From Eledone cirrhosa (lineage: Eukaryota), in assembly GCA_964016885.1 (NCBI GenBank), contig OZ024744.1, forward strand, positions 67,084,001 to 67,148,000: a stretch of 64,000 bases of DNA, given 5' to 3'. The notes under the pieces are model-generated. The model saw only the letters and a program-made list of their open reading frames with translations. It searched no databases and was not told the origin of the DNA. The translations under genes were made by a program, and so were the position numbers. This document shows positions 43,746 to 56,670 of this stretch, piece by piece. The first letter of the stretch is position 1, and every line of letters starts with the position of its first letter.

Positions 43746-44428
43746 TGACAACAATATATCCAACTAACGACGTATTATCTTCACTTCAATTATACCATAA
43801 ACATGCTTACTACAACAACTAGTGTAAAGATACTTTACGACGTTGTCCAACGCTTATCACAAACTGATTGTATTTCTACAATTATTAAAACAAGGTTTAT
43901 TTACAAATATATGTCATTCGATGTTTTAATTTTATAATAAATGGTTAGCTTTATTCCTTGGAATCTTTCTTTGGGCTTCTACAGGTGGAATGGCGCATAT
44001 CTGAGATTTTCTCAGATATAACATCTATATTTTTCTTAGTAATATAAATATGCTCCTAAATATTATTTTAGTAGAGCTTTATACTGTTGAAATGTTTTGG
44101 CTGCTATATCTAGCGGTCGATAAACTATTCACGTCACGGGCACAGTGATAAGACGCATTCTTTTTCCCCCCAACTCCATGTGCGTTTTCGACAGTCTCAG
44201 CTGTTGTTCATATAGTTCGATTGTCTCCTTCACTGGTTTTCCAGAATTGACTATTGAACTTCACTACTTAATGGTGAAACATATTTCTAAAACAACAATG
44301 GAATATGTATGAAGGAGTATAAATAATAATTGCTAGGTATCTATATTTAAAGTTTTTGTTAAATTTAAATATGCTACCTCTTGTAACTATGTCCTTACAT
44401 TCTATAAATATTGTATCCTGTTAATGTT

Positions 44429-44490
<62 letters not shown>

Positions 44491-44494
<4 letters not shown>

Positions 44495-44690
44495 GTTATT
44501 CTGGGTTGAATCGGAGGTAACCACAGTAAGTAAGGTACTCAATACATAGCAGAGTATACAAGTTTTAATATAGATGAGATTCTACAGGACTAGAACTATT
44601 TCATTCTTTAGAAATCATCAGGAATCCCTGATGATTTCTAAAGAATGAAACAGTTCTAGTCCTGTAGAATCTCATCTATATTAAAACTTA
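44491..44690 (-). mobile_element. H2 pLTR fold-back with back-to-back HHRs
   Basis: Palindrome 44560-44689 centred at ~44625. CTGATGA on both strands (44615-44621 minus; 44628-44634 plus). (TA)n flanks. Confidence 0.85.
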
Positions 44691-44773
44691 TATATATATG
44701 TATATATATATATGTATATACATATATATACATATATATATATATAAATATATATATATACATATATACATAC

Positions 44774-44827
<54 letters not shown>

Positions 44828-44898
44828 TATCTATATATAATATATATATCTATATATATGATATATATATATATATTATATATATATATTATATATAT

Positions 44899-44992
<94 letters not shown>

Positions 44993-45439
44993 ATATAGAA
45001 ATTAATGTGAGCAAGAGCACAACAGTATTTCATAATATATAAGTGACTATAACGTCAAAATGGAAAAAAAAAAATTAACGTAAGATGTGGGAAAATAAAT
45101 CAAACTCAATTAAAAAAAAATCTAGACATAGATTTATCCACAGATTTTGTGAAATCCAGGGAGAACTCAGAATAAAATAAAATTTAAAAACTCATCCTTC
45201 AATTTGGAAAAACTACAAATGCTCTCTATAGTCTTAAAAAGACTATTTCACGAAACTTTTCATTGGGAATGGTCACGGTTGGCACCGTTCCTCAGTAGAG
45301 CTCAAACACTATAACCCTAAGTATCACTGCCAAAATATGCCAAAAAGGGAATTTAAAAGCAGGCTAGTTCACCTCGTGCGGAATTATGAAAAATAAACAC
45401 ACATGGAGAGACATGGCTGGTGACGCCACAATTCCATCG

Positions 45440-45474
<35 letters not shown>

Positions 45475-45477
<3 letters not shown>

Positions 45478-45618
45478 CGAAGTAAATGTGGTAAGGAACC
45501 AGGTGGACCATAACGCACCAAAGTACTCAATACTTAGGGTAGTAGAGTGGGTAATAGGAACCAGTAAGACCCCGACGGCTGAGCTCAAGCCGTTTCGACG
45601 GGGTCTTACTGGTTCCTA
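45475..45618 (-). mobile_element. H1 pLTR fold-back
   Basis: Homologous to 5912-6082; inversion point within HHR stem II/III. Confidence 0.8.
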
Positions 45619-45634
45619 TATATATATATATATA

Positions 45635-45812
45635 ATATATAAGAACAAAAGACGGTTAAAGGAGTTCCATGTATTTTATTATGCGCATACATGGAATTCC
45701 TTTAACCATCTTTTGTTCTTATATATTATGTATACTCCAGTCCTACAAACTGTAGAGTGCTTCTTATCCGATATCTGCATTGCTTTATTGTACTACAATA
45801 AAACTCACCTCC
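45635..45812 (+). mobile_element. Small pLTR fold-back (distinct family)
   Basis: Arms 45635-45674 / 45687-45726, then a tail with the bulged hairpin at 45734-45758. (TA)n flanks. Confidence 0.7.
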
Positions 45813-45837
45813 TATATGTATATATATATATATATAT

Positions 45838-46034
45838 ACGTTATTCCGGGTTGAATCGGAGGTAACCACAGTAAGTAAGGTACTCAATACATAGCAGAGT
45901 ATAAAAGTTTTAATATAGATGAGATTCTACAGGACTAGAACTGTTTCATTCATTAGAAATCATCAGGAATCAGGGATTCCTGATGATTTCTAATGAATGA
46001 AACAGTTCTAGTCCTGTAGAATCTCATCTATATT

Positions 46035-46038
<4 letters not shown>
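45838..46038 (-). mobile_element. H2 pLTR fold-back with back-to-back HHRs
   Basis: Near-identical to 44491-44690 but with a different centre (~45972). Plus-strand HHR at 45973-46025 is complete. Confidence 0.85.
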
Positions 46039-46110
<72 letters not shown>

Positions 46111-46115
<5 letters not shown>

Positions 46116-46566
46116 GAAGAGAAATAGGACGAAGATAAACAGTTACAAAAGGATTTAATCCACGTATTAACAATTGTTTCATCAGAATTTCAGTCCATTA
46201 TTGCTACACTATGTTATAATAGGCAATCAAGAAAGATACTGTAGCATCCGAATTTTCAAAATACAAAGTTTCAAAATACAACTTTGTATTTTGAAAATTC
46301 GGATGCTACAGTATCTTTCTTAATTGCCTATTATTACATAGTGTAGCAATAATGGACTGAAATTCTGATGAAACAATTGTTAATACATGGATTAAATTCT
46401 TTTGTATCTGTTTACCTTCGTCCTATTTCTCTTCTTTGATTACACTCCTCGTTTGTTCGTGTTTCCACTACTGAATCCCTACCAACCTGCCGAGTCACCT
46501 TAACGTATGTTGAGAACTTTCCTCACAACTTGTTCTACCAAGCTTTGGAATACTCCTAATAACTGA

Positions 46567-46568
<2 letters not shown>
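46111..46568 (+). mobile_element. H3 pLTR fold-back
   Basis: Arms 46111-46270 / 46280-46437 with a 130-nt tail. GAAACAATTGTT (HHR 3' half) at 46370-46381. Confidence 0.75.
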
Positions 46569-46627
<59 letters not shown>

Positions 46628-46629
<2 letters not shown>

Positions 46630-46804
46630 ACGATGGAATTGTGGTAAGGAACCAGATGGACCATAACGCACCAAAGTACTCAATACTTAGTGTAGTAGAG
46701 TGGGTTATAGGAACAAGTATGACCCGACGGCAGAGCTCAAGCCATTTCGACGGCCAGAAATAGCCGTCGAAACGGCTTGAGCACTGCCGACGGGGTCATA
46801 CTTG

Positions 46805-46808
<4 letters not shown>
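46628..46808 (-). mobile_element. H1 pLTR fold-back
   Basis: Inversion centred on HHR stem II gacggc-cagaaata-gccgtc. Confidence 0.8.
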
Positions 46809-46855
<47 letters not shown>

Positions 46856-46860
<5 letters not shown>

Positions 46861-48686
46861 TAATTTAATATATCAACAAACATAAGCGCACAGATGCACG
46901 CCCATGCCAGCAAATACACAGGTTATGTCATAGTACCTAGGTGGTTCAATGCAGGAGAATGCAGAACAATAATATAAAGGACGTAAAATAAAAAAATATT
47001 TTTTTAAAAAAAATTCAAAAAAAATTTTTTTCTTACTTAAATTTTCACTCCAACTAATTAGTTTCTGCAATGGGATAAAGACAGTTACGTAATTCAACTG
47101 TCGAGAATTCATTGCGTCATCAGGAAGTCTATTCTCAGTTAAGTCTCCAGGCAATGCGCGGACACTGGCGGCTCATATAAAAATAATAATAATTCGGTAG
47201 ATCGAACAGCTTGCGAGGACTGAATTCTATGTACCGAAATTCTCACTGCTTCAAGTCAAATGGCCGATTCTAAAGAATCAATCACGTGACACAGAGGCTA
47301 GTTAGAAGGAATGGGATGGTAAGATGACTGACGCCTACTAACACCCCAAAAAAATTTTTTTAGAAGTGGTTTTGACAAGTTTGCTCGACAAATCAGTGAT
47401 TTGGAGATAAATATAGATAATTTAATATATCAACAAACATAAGCGCACAGATGCACGCCCATGCCAGCAAATACACAGGTTATGTCATAGTACCTAGGTG
47501 GTTCAATGCAGGAGAATGCAGAACAATAATATAAAGGACGTAAAATAAAAAAATATTTTTTTAAAAAAAATTCAAAAAAAATTTTTTTCTTACTTAAATT
47601 TTCACTCCAACTAATTAGTTTCTGCAATGGGATAAAGACAGTTACGTAATTCAACTGTCGAGAATTCATTGCGTCATCAGGAAGTCTATTCTCAGTTAAG
47701 TCTCCAGGCAATGCGCGGACACTGGCGGCTCATATAAAAATAATAATAATTCGGTAGATCGAACAGCTTGCGAGGACTGAATTCTATTACCATCCCATTC
47801 CTTCTAACTAGCCTCTGTGTCACGTGATTGATTCTTTAGAATCGGCCATTTGACTTGAAGCAGTGAGAATTTCGGTACATAGAATTCAGTCCTCGCAAGC
47901 TGTTCGATCTACCGAATTATTATTATTTTTATATGAGCCGCCAGTGTCCGCGCATTGCCTGGAGACTTAACTGAGAATAGACTTCCTGATGACGCAATGA
48001 ATTCTCGACAGTTGAATTACGTAACTGTCTTTATCCCATTGCAGAAACTAATTAGTTGGAGTGAAAATTTAAGTAAGAAAAAAATTTTTTTTGAATTTTT
48101 TTTAAAAAAATATTTTTTTATTTTACGTCCTTTATATTATTGTTCTGCATTCTCCTGCATTGAACCACCTAGGTACTATGACATAACCTGTGTATTTGCT
48201 GGCATGGGCGTGCATCTGTGCGCTTATGTTTGTTGATATATTAAATTATCTATATTTATCTCCAAATCACTGATTTGTCGAGCAAACTTGTCAAAACCAC
48301 TTCTAAAAAAATTTTTTTGGGGTGTTAGTAGGCGTCAGTCATCTTACCATCCCATTCCTTCTAACTAGCCTCTGTGTCACGTGATTGATTCTTTAGAATC
48401 GGCCATTTGACTTGAAGCAGTGAGAATTTCGGTACATAGAATTCAGTCCTCGCAAGCTGTTCGATCTACCGAATTATTATTATTTTTATATGAGCCGCCA
48501 GTGTCCGCGCATTGCCTGGAGACTTAACTGAGAATAGACTTCCTGATGACGCAATGAATTCTCGACAGTTGAATTACGTAACTGTCTTTATCCCATTGCA
48601 GAAACTAATTAGTTGGAGTGAAAATTTAAGTAAGAAAAAAATTTTTTTTGAATTTTTTTTAAAAAAATATTTTTTTATTTTACGTC

Positions 48687-48692
<6 letters not shown>
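46856..48692. mobile_element. Retrozyme-like element: 557-bp tandem monomers in two inverted arms
   Basis: Minus arm 46856-47787 (~1.7 units) and plus arm 47788-48692 (~1.6 units). The 557 period is shown by identical ORFs at 46873/47430 and 47955/48512. One HHR per unit; (TA)n flanks. Confidence 0.85.
47981..48062 (+). ncRNA. Type-I hammerhead ribozyme (further copies: + 48538-48619; - 47047-47128 and 47604-47685)
   Basis: acttc-CTGATGA-cgcaatg..gacagtt/aactgtc..cattgca-GAA-actaattagt-T-ggagt. Palindromic stem III, GUU triplet. Confidence 0.85.
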
Positions 48693-48724
<32 letters not shown>

Positions 48725-48726
<2 letters not shown>

Positions 48727-48928
48727 CGTTTCTGAATTTGTTTAGCAAGATTCTTTATCTGAAAAAGTCTGTTGAAACTGATATTGTTATACTTTGGGAG
48801 GGTCATGTTGCCAATAAGAAACATATGCACCAGTTGCTTTCACTTCAATTTATTATAAATTAAATTATAAATTTTAAATTTTTTTATAAATTTCCGGTTG
48901 GTTGGTTGGTTCCACAACCGGACGGTTG

Positions 48929-48964
<36 letters not shown>

Positions 48965-49092
48965 CAACCGGCAGGTTGTGGAACCAACCAACCAACCGAA
49001 CATTTATAATTTAATTTATAATAAATTGAAGTTAAAGCAACTGGTGCGTGTGTTTGTTATTGGCAACATGACCCTCTCAAAGTATAACAATA
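48725..49092. mobile_element. pLTR fold-back centred on (AT)n, related to the terminus of the 59068-62218 PLE
   Basis: Arms 48781-48930 / 48962-49092. Shares atattgttatactt.gggagggtcat with 59110-59135. Confidence 0.7.
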
Positions 49093-49101
49093 TATATATA
49101 T

Positions 49102-49260
49102 ACGATATTAACAAATGGAAACTATATTTATAAAACCATATTTATTTCATTATACATATTTCAAGGACACCAAGTTAAATTATGGTGTGCTTTCATCAGA
49201 TAAAATATAATATAGAGCAGTTTTATAAATAAATATTGACATACCCTTAAAGAATGCAAC
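49102..49260 (-). mobile_element. H4-subfamily pLTR fragment with HHR at 49142-49208
   Basis: ttttat-CTGATGA-aagcacacca..tggtgtcctt-GAAA-tatgta-TA-atgaaata. Flanks match 50590-50735. Confidence 0.75.
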
Positions 49261-49354
49261 CTTTACAGTTGGAAGCTCCTGGATAGTGGGGTTATAAATT
49301 TATTTATACTATTATGTAAATTAGTATTGGATATTTTTAAATAAGCCGTTGGGT

Positions 49355-49441
<87 letters not shown>

Positions 49442-49779
49442 ACAACAAGAGAGAGAAAAAAGAGAGAGATATACAAAAGAGAAAAAAGAAAAAAATAGAG
49501 AGAGAAAAAAAGAGAAGAGAAAGCAAAAGCTCTAAGTGATAGTTTGTTGAGTTATCTTAACATTTGAGATGAAGTGAAAGAATAAATATTTATTTTTTAT
49601 GGATGAATAGAGAAATGTAAATAATCGTGAATGTAGATACATACATAATAGGAGGATTTTAACCATTGTTTAAATATGATTAAATGTTTAGTTTATCATT
49701 AAAAATTGAGATCTATATATTATTAAGAAATCTCTCTCTATATATATATATTAAAGAGTTAAACAAGATTCAATGAGTA

Positions 49780-50074
49780 TATCAGAAAATGAGTTTTACA
49801 GTAGATTACCTTGATTAAATAGACTAGAGTTTTACAGTAGACTACATTGATTAAATCTTAACCATTTAACATTTCAGGGTATGTCATGTATCATTATATT
49901 TCGTCTGATGAGGATGTACTGTTGTACCTCCGAAATATGTATAATAAAATGTAATTGATCAAAAGAACATCTATTTTATTAATATTTGTATTTTAATATA
50001 TATATATATATATTGCTTTATATCAGTTATAAAAATATTTGTTTGTTGTATCCCAACAATTTAAATAGAACTTT

Positions 50075-50078
<4 letters not shown>
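49780..50078 (+). mobile_element. H4-related pLTR with HHR at 49893-49955
   Basis: CTGATGA(49905)-ggatgtac-tgtt-gtacctcc-GAAA-tatg-TA. The tail matches the reverse complement of 50501-50562. Confidence 0.7.
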
Positions 50079-50122
<44 letters not shown>

Positions 50123-50164
50123 ACTTTTTGTACCCCTCGGTACAAATAAATATATATATATATT

Positions 50165-50294
50165 TGAAATTTTTTTTGCTCAAAACACTTCCGGGGTCAT
50201 ACAAGTTACATGTATAAAGTTTGAAAAAAACCGGTTGGGTACTTCTCGAGTTTTAGGGAAACAGACACACAGACATCCTCTGTTTTATATATAT
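50165..50294 (-). mobile_element. Helitron 5' end fragment
   Basis: Reverse complement of 55890-56015. Confidence 0.65.
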
Positions 50295-50296
50295 AC

Positions 50297-50480
50297 TCAG
50301 TACTCCTTTGGGAGCCCCTACATGGACACACTAGAAGAGGAAGACCAAGGTTAACGTATGTTGATGCCCTAAGGACAGACACTGGTCTGTTGGAGATGCA
50401 GGACATGGCAGCGATAATGAGGGACAGAGACCGCTGGAGAGAACTCGTCCATGGATCTCGGGAATTTTACCCGCCTTAGA
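50297..50480 (+). mobile_element. RTE-type LINE 3' end
   Basis: Translates as VLLWEPLHGHTRRGRPRLTYVDALRTDTGL..QDM...MRDRDRWRELV; inserted in (TA)n. Confidence 0.7.
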
Positions 50481-50500
50481 TATATATATATATATATATA

Positions 50501-53500
50501 TGGAAAGTTATATTTAAATTGTTGGGTTACAACTAGTAAATATTTATAACAGATATAAAAGCACTCAACAAGTATTTGGAGTATATTTACGATATTAAAT
50601 AAATGGAAACTATATTTATAAAACCATATTTATTTCATTATATATATTTCAGGGATATCATATTAACAATATGTTATGCCTTCCTCAGACAAAATACAAT
50701 ATAGACAGTTTTATAGATAAATAGATTTGACATACCGTTCAACATCGACTTGTATTTGAAAAAGTTGATTTGGCAATGAAAAATTGTAAACAGAAAGAAA
50801 GAAAGAGAGAAAGAAGGAAAGAAAGAAAAGAAAACGAAGAAAAAGAAGAAAAAGAAGAAAAAGAAGAAATGTATGCAACAAAATAGAGAGATGGAAAGAT
50901 AGATAAAGAGAAGAACTTCATGTAAAGAAACAGAGAGAGATATATATAGAGAGAGGAAATAGATAGAGATAGATATATATAGAGAAATGTAGGTAGTTGG
51001 AACGTATCAATGATACATTTATTTATTTATTTATTTATTTAGCTCTAGTATTAATGTAAGGGAGATATATGTGGTTAGGAAAGAAACCAGCCGTTATATA
51101 TAGAGAAAAATGAAAAGTAACCAGACATAGGCGAGGCATAATTTAAAAACCCTATGTTTTAATGTAGAAGTATTAGTACGTATAAAAACCAGGCGCTATA
51201 ATGTAAATATCAGTATTCCTGAATGAGACACGTATCCATAATGTGTGAAAAGTAATGATCTTATGTTTAGTTTTAAAAATTCATATGTTTATATGATAAC
51301 TACAAACATCGATGTGAATTTACGTGATCAATTCTGCAAACCCCTATTTCACACGGAGAACATTCTCATTGTGCTATAAAAATTTAAGTATACATATATG
51401 TGTATATATATATACACATATATATAGAGTCTATATTAATTTTAACAATACTATTCTTGTCTTTACTCTACATGATTATCTATCAAGCAGAAATAGAGAA
51501 CAGATTTCAATATATTAATAAAAAATATCAGAAACAAAAACAAAAAATAATAATGATAATAATAATAAATAATAATAAAATAGAAAACTAAAAAATAAAA
51601 AATATTACAAAAAAATATTACATATTAAAAATAAAAATATTAGAAAATATTACAATAATAAAAATAAACCACAAAGATCAACCCTTCAAAATTAATTGAC
51701 AATTGCCAAGTTCATTATAAGCATCAGAGTCGAAAACAGATAAAGCTAAAAATTATTTATCAAATCGCGTCTAGCAAAAATCATTTCAAAAAGTTTAGGA
51801 TGGCCATTTGGTCTACATGTGTTCTTATATTTAATATAGAAGTTTATCTAGTGTAACGTTTATTCGAAATATTTGGAGCATCAACTTTTAGGGTAGTTTA
51901 ATTTTTCATGAAGAATGTTTAAATAAAAATAAAAATAAAAATAAAAAGAAGAATAAAAAGAAGAAATCGAAAGATTTATCGGCTAGTTTCCCAAATAATT
52001 ATAAAACAAACTAAATATACTACATTTTAAATTTAAATTTATATTTAAAAGTTGAGTTTAATCTATGTTTGCAGCAACTGAATAAATTTGTCCGTAGATT
52101 AAGGGAATTTTTAGATTTTAGTATAAAGAATATCTCCTCTGCGCAGAGGTCACATGTCTCAGAGGATGAATTAAAAGGAATCCCTCTTGAGACTATATTC
52201 CAAGCCGTCGAATATCTAACGTTATCTAGCTTAAGTTGCCAGAGTACGCCTGATAGTGCTGTTGAAGATTTTTTGCTTGGATCTGTGAAAGAATTCTTGT
52301 GGTTATTATAGCGAAGTTTAAATTCCGTCGATGTGGAACCGACGTAGTTAAAAGAATTAGAGTCAGTTTTAACATTACAATTGTATATTATATTTTTAAC
52401 TAAGCAGTTGTTATTTAACGGACATTTAGATCTATCTCTACAGTTACATTTGTTAACTTGTATATTATTTATGCTATTATCACTAGGTTTTAAGTTCCTA
52501 TTATTTATTCTATTAATATTTTGTGCTAAATTTTTGGTGGATGAGTAGGTTAATTTTATAGTATGTCTATTGAAAATTGAGTGATACCTATGTGTTCTAG
52601 GGAAGCGATTATCAAGAGCTTTAAAAAATAGTTTAGCGATGTGGGTTTTAATGTTTAGTGAGAAAGGGGGGGGGGGGGCAAACCAAATTATGTTCCTAGT
52701 TCTATTTCTTTTTTGGCTTTTGGAATTATTGTAATGCTTTCTATTATATTTGTTAAGGTTGTTGCCGTAATTAAAATAGTTGTTATTTTGTTTAGTTTGT
52801 CTATCATTATCTATGTACATAATCTTATCACTATATCCTGCTCTAGCTAACGCTTCATTGTAGTACTGGGCTTTTTCATCGAAAATCTTTCTATTAGACG
52901 AGATTCTAGAGATACGTTTTTGAACAGAGTTTACTATAGTGTTTTTGACAGATCTGGGGTGGTTAGAGTTAAAGCTGACATAGTTTAAGTTTTCATTCAA
53001 CTTGTGAAAAGGATAGTGAAGACATGTGTTGAGATTTAATGTTATATCTAGGAAATTGACTATTCTATGGTTGTTCTCGATTTCTATTTTAAGATTAAAG
53101 TAATTAAAAAATTGTGTAATTTGTTTTCTTTTTCTATTTAGTTCAGAGTTATTATTATCAATAAGTAAAAGCATGTCATCTCTATATAAACCTCCGGTAG
53201 TACCAGGTATTTTCCTATGTAGCGAATTGATTAAAAATAAGCCCACAAACTTTTTGAAATGATTTTTGCTAGACGCGATTTGATAAATAATGTTTAGCTT
53301 TATCTGTTTTCGACTCTGATGCTTATAATGAACTTGGCAATATATTGTCAATTAATTTTGAAGGGTTGATCTTTGTCGTTTATTTTTATTATTGTAATAT
53401 TTTCTAATATTTTTATTTTTAATATGTAATATTTTTTTGTAATATTTTTTATTTTTTAGTTTTCTATTTTATTATTATTTATTATTATTATCATTATTAT

Positions 53501-54456
53501 TTTTTGTTTTTGTTTCTGATATTTTTTATTAATATATTGAAATCTGTTCTCTATTTCTGCTTGATAGATAATCATGTAGAGTAAAGACAAGAATAGTATT
53601 GTTAAAATTAATATAGACTCTATATATATGTGTATATATATATACACATATATGTATACTTAAATTTTTATAGCACAATGAGAATGTTCTCCGTGTGAAA
53701 TAGGGGTTTGCAGAATTGATCACGTAAATTCACATCGATGTTTGTAGTTATCATATAAACATATGAATTTTTAAAACTAAACATAAGATCATTACTTTTC
53801 ACACATTATGGATACGTGTCTCATTCAGGAATACTGATATTTACATTATAGCGCCTGGTTTTTATACGTACTAATACTTCTACATTAAAACATAGGGTTT
53901 TTAAATTATGCCTCGCCTATGTCTGGTTACTTTTCATTTTTCTCTATATATAACGGCTGGTTTCTTTCCTAACCACATATATCTCCCTTACATTAATACT
54001 AGAGCTAAATAAATAAATAAATAAATAAATGTATCATTGATACGTTCCAACTACCTACATTTCTCTATATATATCTATCTCTATCTATTTCCTCTCTCTA
54101 TATATATCTCTCTCTGTTTCTTTACATGAAGTTCTTCTCTTTATCTATCTTTCCATCTCTCTATTTTGTTGCATACATTTCTTCTTTTTCTTCTTTTTCT
54201 TCTTTTTCTTCGTTTTCTTTTCTTTCTTTCCTTCTTTCTCTCTTTCTTTCTTTCTGTTTACAATTTTTCACTGCCAAATCAACTTTTTCAAATACAAGTC
54301 GATGTTGAACGGTATGTCAAATCTATTTATCTATAAAACTGTCTATATTGTATTTTGTCTGAGGAAGGCATAACATATTGTTAATATGATATCCCTGAAA
54401 TATATATAATGAAATAAATATGGTTTTATAAATATAGTTTCCATTTATTTAATATC

Positions 54457-54457
<1 letters not shown>
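50501..54457 (-). mobile_element. Penelope-like element (family H4), 5'-truncated, with a 1.2-kb inverted pLTR
   Basis: ORF with GLYRDD, VNFLDITL, CNCR....CPL...CL..NIIY and YVG...FK.RY.NH. 53247-54457 is the reverse complement of 50590-51796. HHR at 54351-54416 (+) and its mirror at ~50631-50697 (-). Confidence 0.93.
52020..53247 (-). CDS. PLE RT (C-terminal half) plus GIY-YIG endonuclease; open frame but 5'-truncated
   Basis: Part of ORF 52020..53351. The first ~35 aa derive from the inverted pLTR and are not real. Confidence 0.8.
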
Positions 54458-54479
<22 letters not shown>

Positions 54480-54496
<17 letters not shown>

Positions 54497-55018
54497 GAGG
54501 ATGTCTGTGTGTCTGTTTCCCTAAAACTCGAAAAGTAGCCAATGGTTGTTTTTCAAACTTTACACGTGTAATAAATATGACCCCGGAAGTGTTTTGAGCA
54601 AAATATAATTTTAAATTATTCTGTCCTAGGGATCTACATAATGAGGGAGGAGTGAGAGGGGAGAGAAAGAAACGGTGAGGCGAAGTGACGAAGTGGCTTT
54701 TTTCTCCTCTTCCTCCTTCTCCCATTCGTCACAGCGTTTTCGATAGAATGTAAGTTACAAAGAGAGAGAGAGAGTGAGAGTGAAAGAAAGAGACATACTA
54801 CAAGAGGGGGATAGCGGGAGGAAGAGAGAGAGTGAAAGACGCTGTCTTTTGATACTGTCAAAGATACATGACGTATAACTATTAACATGTGTGCGTGTTT
54901 GTGTGTGTGTGTGTGAGCGTTCCAATAAGAGTAAAATCTATTAACATGTGAGTGTGTGTATGTGCACATATGCGTGTGTGAGTTTGCCATATGTATATGT
55001 GTCTGTATCTGTATACAC

Positions 55019-55104
<86 letters not shown>

Positions 55105-55880
55105 TTATATACATGTGTATATGTCGTCTGCTTCCCTTATGAGTTAAATCTATTAACGTGTGTGTGAGTTTAGAATAACACATTTCTATACAACATATTT
55201 TGCTCTTTTCTTCTAAAATGTAAGGAACAATTTCATTCCCGGGCAGAATATCCCGTTAAGGGTGAAAGCAGTGATTCTTTGCTTAAACTTTAGTCTGTTA
55301 TTTTAATATATATATATATATATATAATTACATGGAAAGTTATATTTAAATTGTTGGGTTAACAACGAGTAAATATTTATAACTGATATAAAAGCACTCA
55401 ACAAGTATTTGGAGTATATTTATGATATTAAATAAATGGAAACTATATTTATAAAACCATATTTATTTCATTATATATATTTCAGGGATATCATATTAAC
55501 AATATGTTATGCCTTCTTCAGACAAAATACAATATAAACAGTCTTATAAATAAATAAATAGTCGATTGAAAGGTATGTCATATCTATTTATTTATAAGAC
55601 TGTTTATATTGTATTTTGTCTGAAGAAGGCATAACATATTGTTAATATGATATCCCTGAAATATATATAATGAAATAAATATGGTTTTATAAATATAGTT
55701 TCCATTTATTTAATATCATATATATATATAATTATATATTTATGGACAGATATTTTTGCATACACAATAACAAAATATAAACAAACGTATTTATTTCACG
55801 AGTTTCGATAAGGATAAATATATATAAAATATATAAGAACACTATAGCAAATCCCGAGCAACGCCGGGCCATTCTGCTAG
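54480..55880 (+). mobile_element. Non-autonomous Helitron copy 1 (contains the H4 fold-back at 55331-55718)
   Basis: 5' tatatataaaacagaggatgtctgtgtgtctg; 3' hairpin cccgagcaacgccggg plus CTAG (55877-55880) followed by T. Confidence 0.75.
55331..55718 (-). mobile_element. H4 pLTR fold-back with two HHRs
   Basis: Arms 55422-55556 / 55585-55718. CTGAAGA at 55620-55626 and its mirror at 55515-55521. Confidence 0.85.
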
Positions 55881-55882
55881 TA

Positions 55883-56670
55883 TCTATATATATATAAAAC
55901 AGAGGATGTCTGTGTGTCTGTTTCCCTAAAACTCGAGAAGTACCCAACCGGTTTTTTCAAACTTTATACATATAACTCGTATGGCCCCGGAAGTGTTTTG
56001 AGCAAAAAAAATTCAAATTTTCAATGCCCTAGGGACCGCATTAGGCGATTTAGCGATCTCTTTCTCTTTCTCTTAGTCTTTCTCTTTTTAGATAGATACA
56101 TAGATATGACGTCGCGCCTTCATAATATCTATCTGTATGCCTGACTGTCTGCATTACGTCATTATGACGCGATCAGTGTGTGTGTGTATATATATTCTTA
56201 TGCCAGGGAACGTCTTCACGAACCAAAGTATCGTCTTCCTGTTTTCCAGATTGATGTTTTTAGTTTCAAAAGATCCCGTTAAGGTTGAAAGCAGCGATTC
56301 TTTGCTTAAACATTAATATGTTATTTTAATATAGATATTCGTGTACAGATATTTTTGCACACACAAAAACAAAATATAAACAAACAAGGCCAAAGATTAC
56401 ATCAATTAGTCTTAGTGTATGTACTTCATACTGCTTTTAGGTAGAATATCCCGTTAAGGGTGAAAGCAGTGATTCTTTGCTTAAACTTTAGTCTGTTATT
56501 TTAATATATATATATATATAATTATATATTTATGGACAGATATTTTTGTATACACAATAACAAAATATAAACAAACGTATTTATTTCACGAGGTTCGATA
56601 AGGATAAATATATATCAAATATATAAGAACCCTATAACAAATCCCGAGCAACGCCGGGCCATTCTGCTAG
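55883..56670 (+). mobile_element. Non-autonomous Helitron copy 2, tandem to copy 1
   Basis: A|TC start at 55883; hairpin plus CTAG|T at 56643-56671. Termini shared with copy 1, different interior. Confidence 0.8.

Noticed and set aside
46873-48745. Repeated 93-aa ORF MPGDLTENRL...
   Set aside because: TTG start, no recognisable domain, and it overlaps the ribozyme. Its repetition only reflects the tandem unit.
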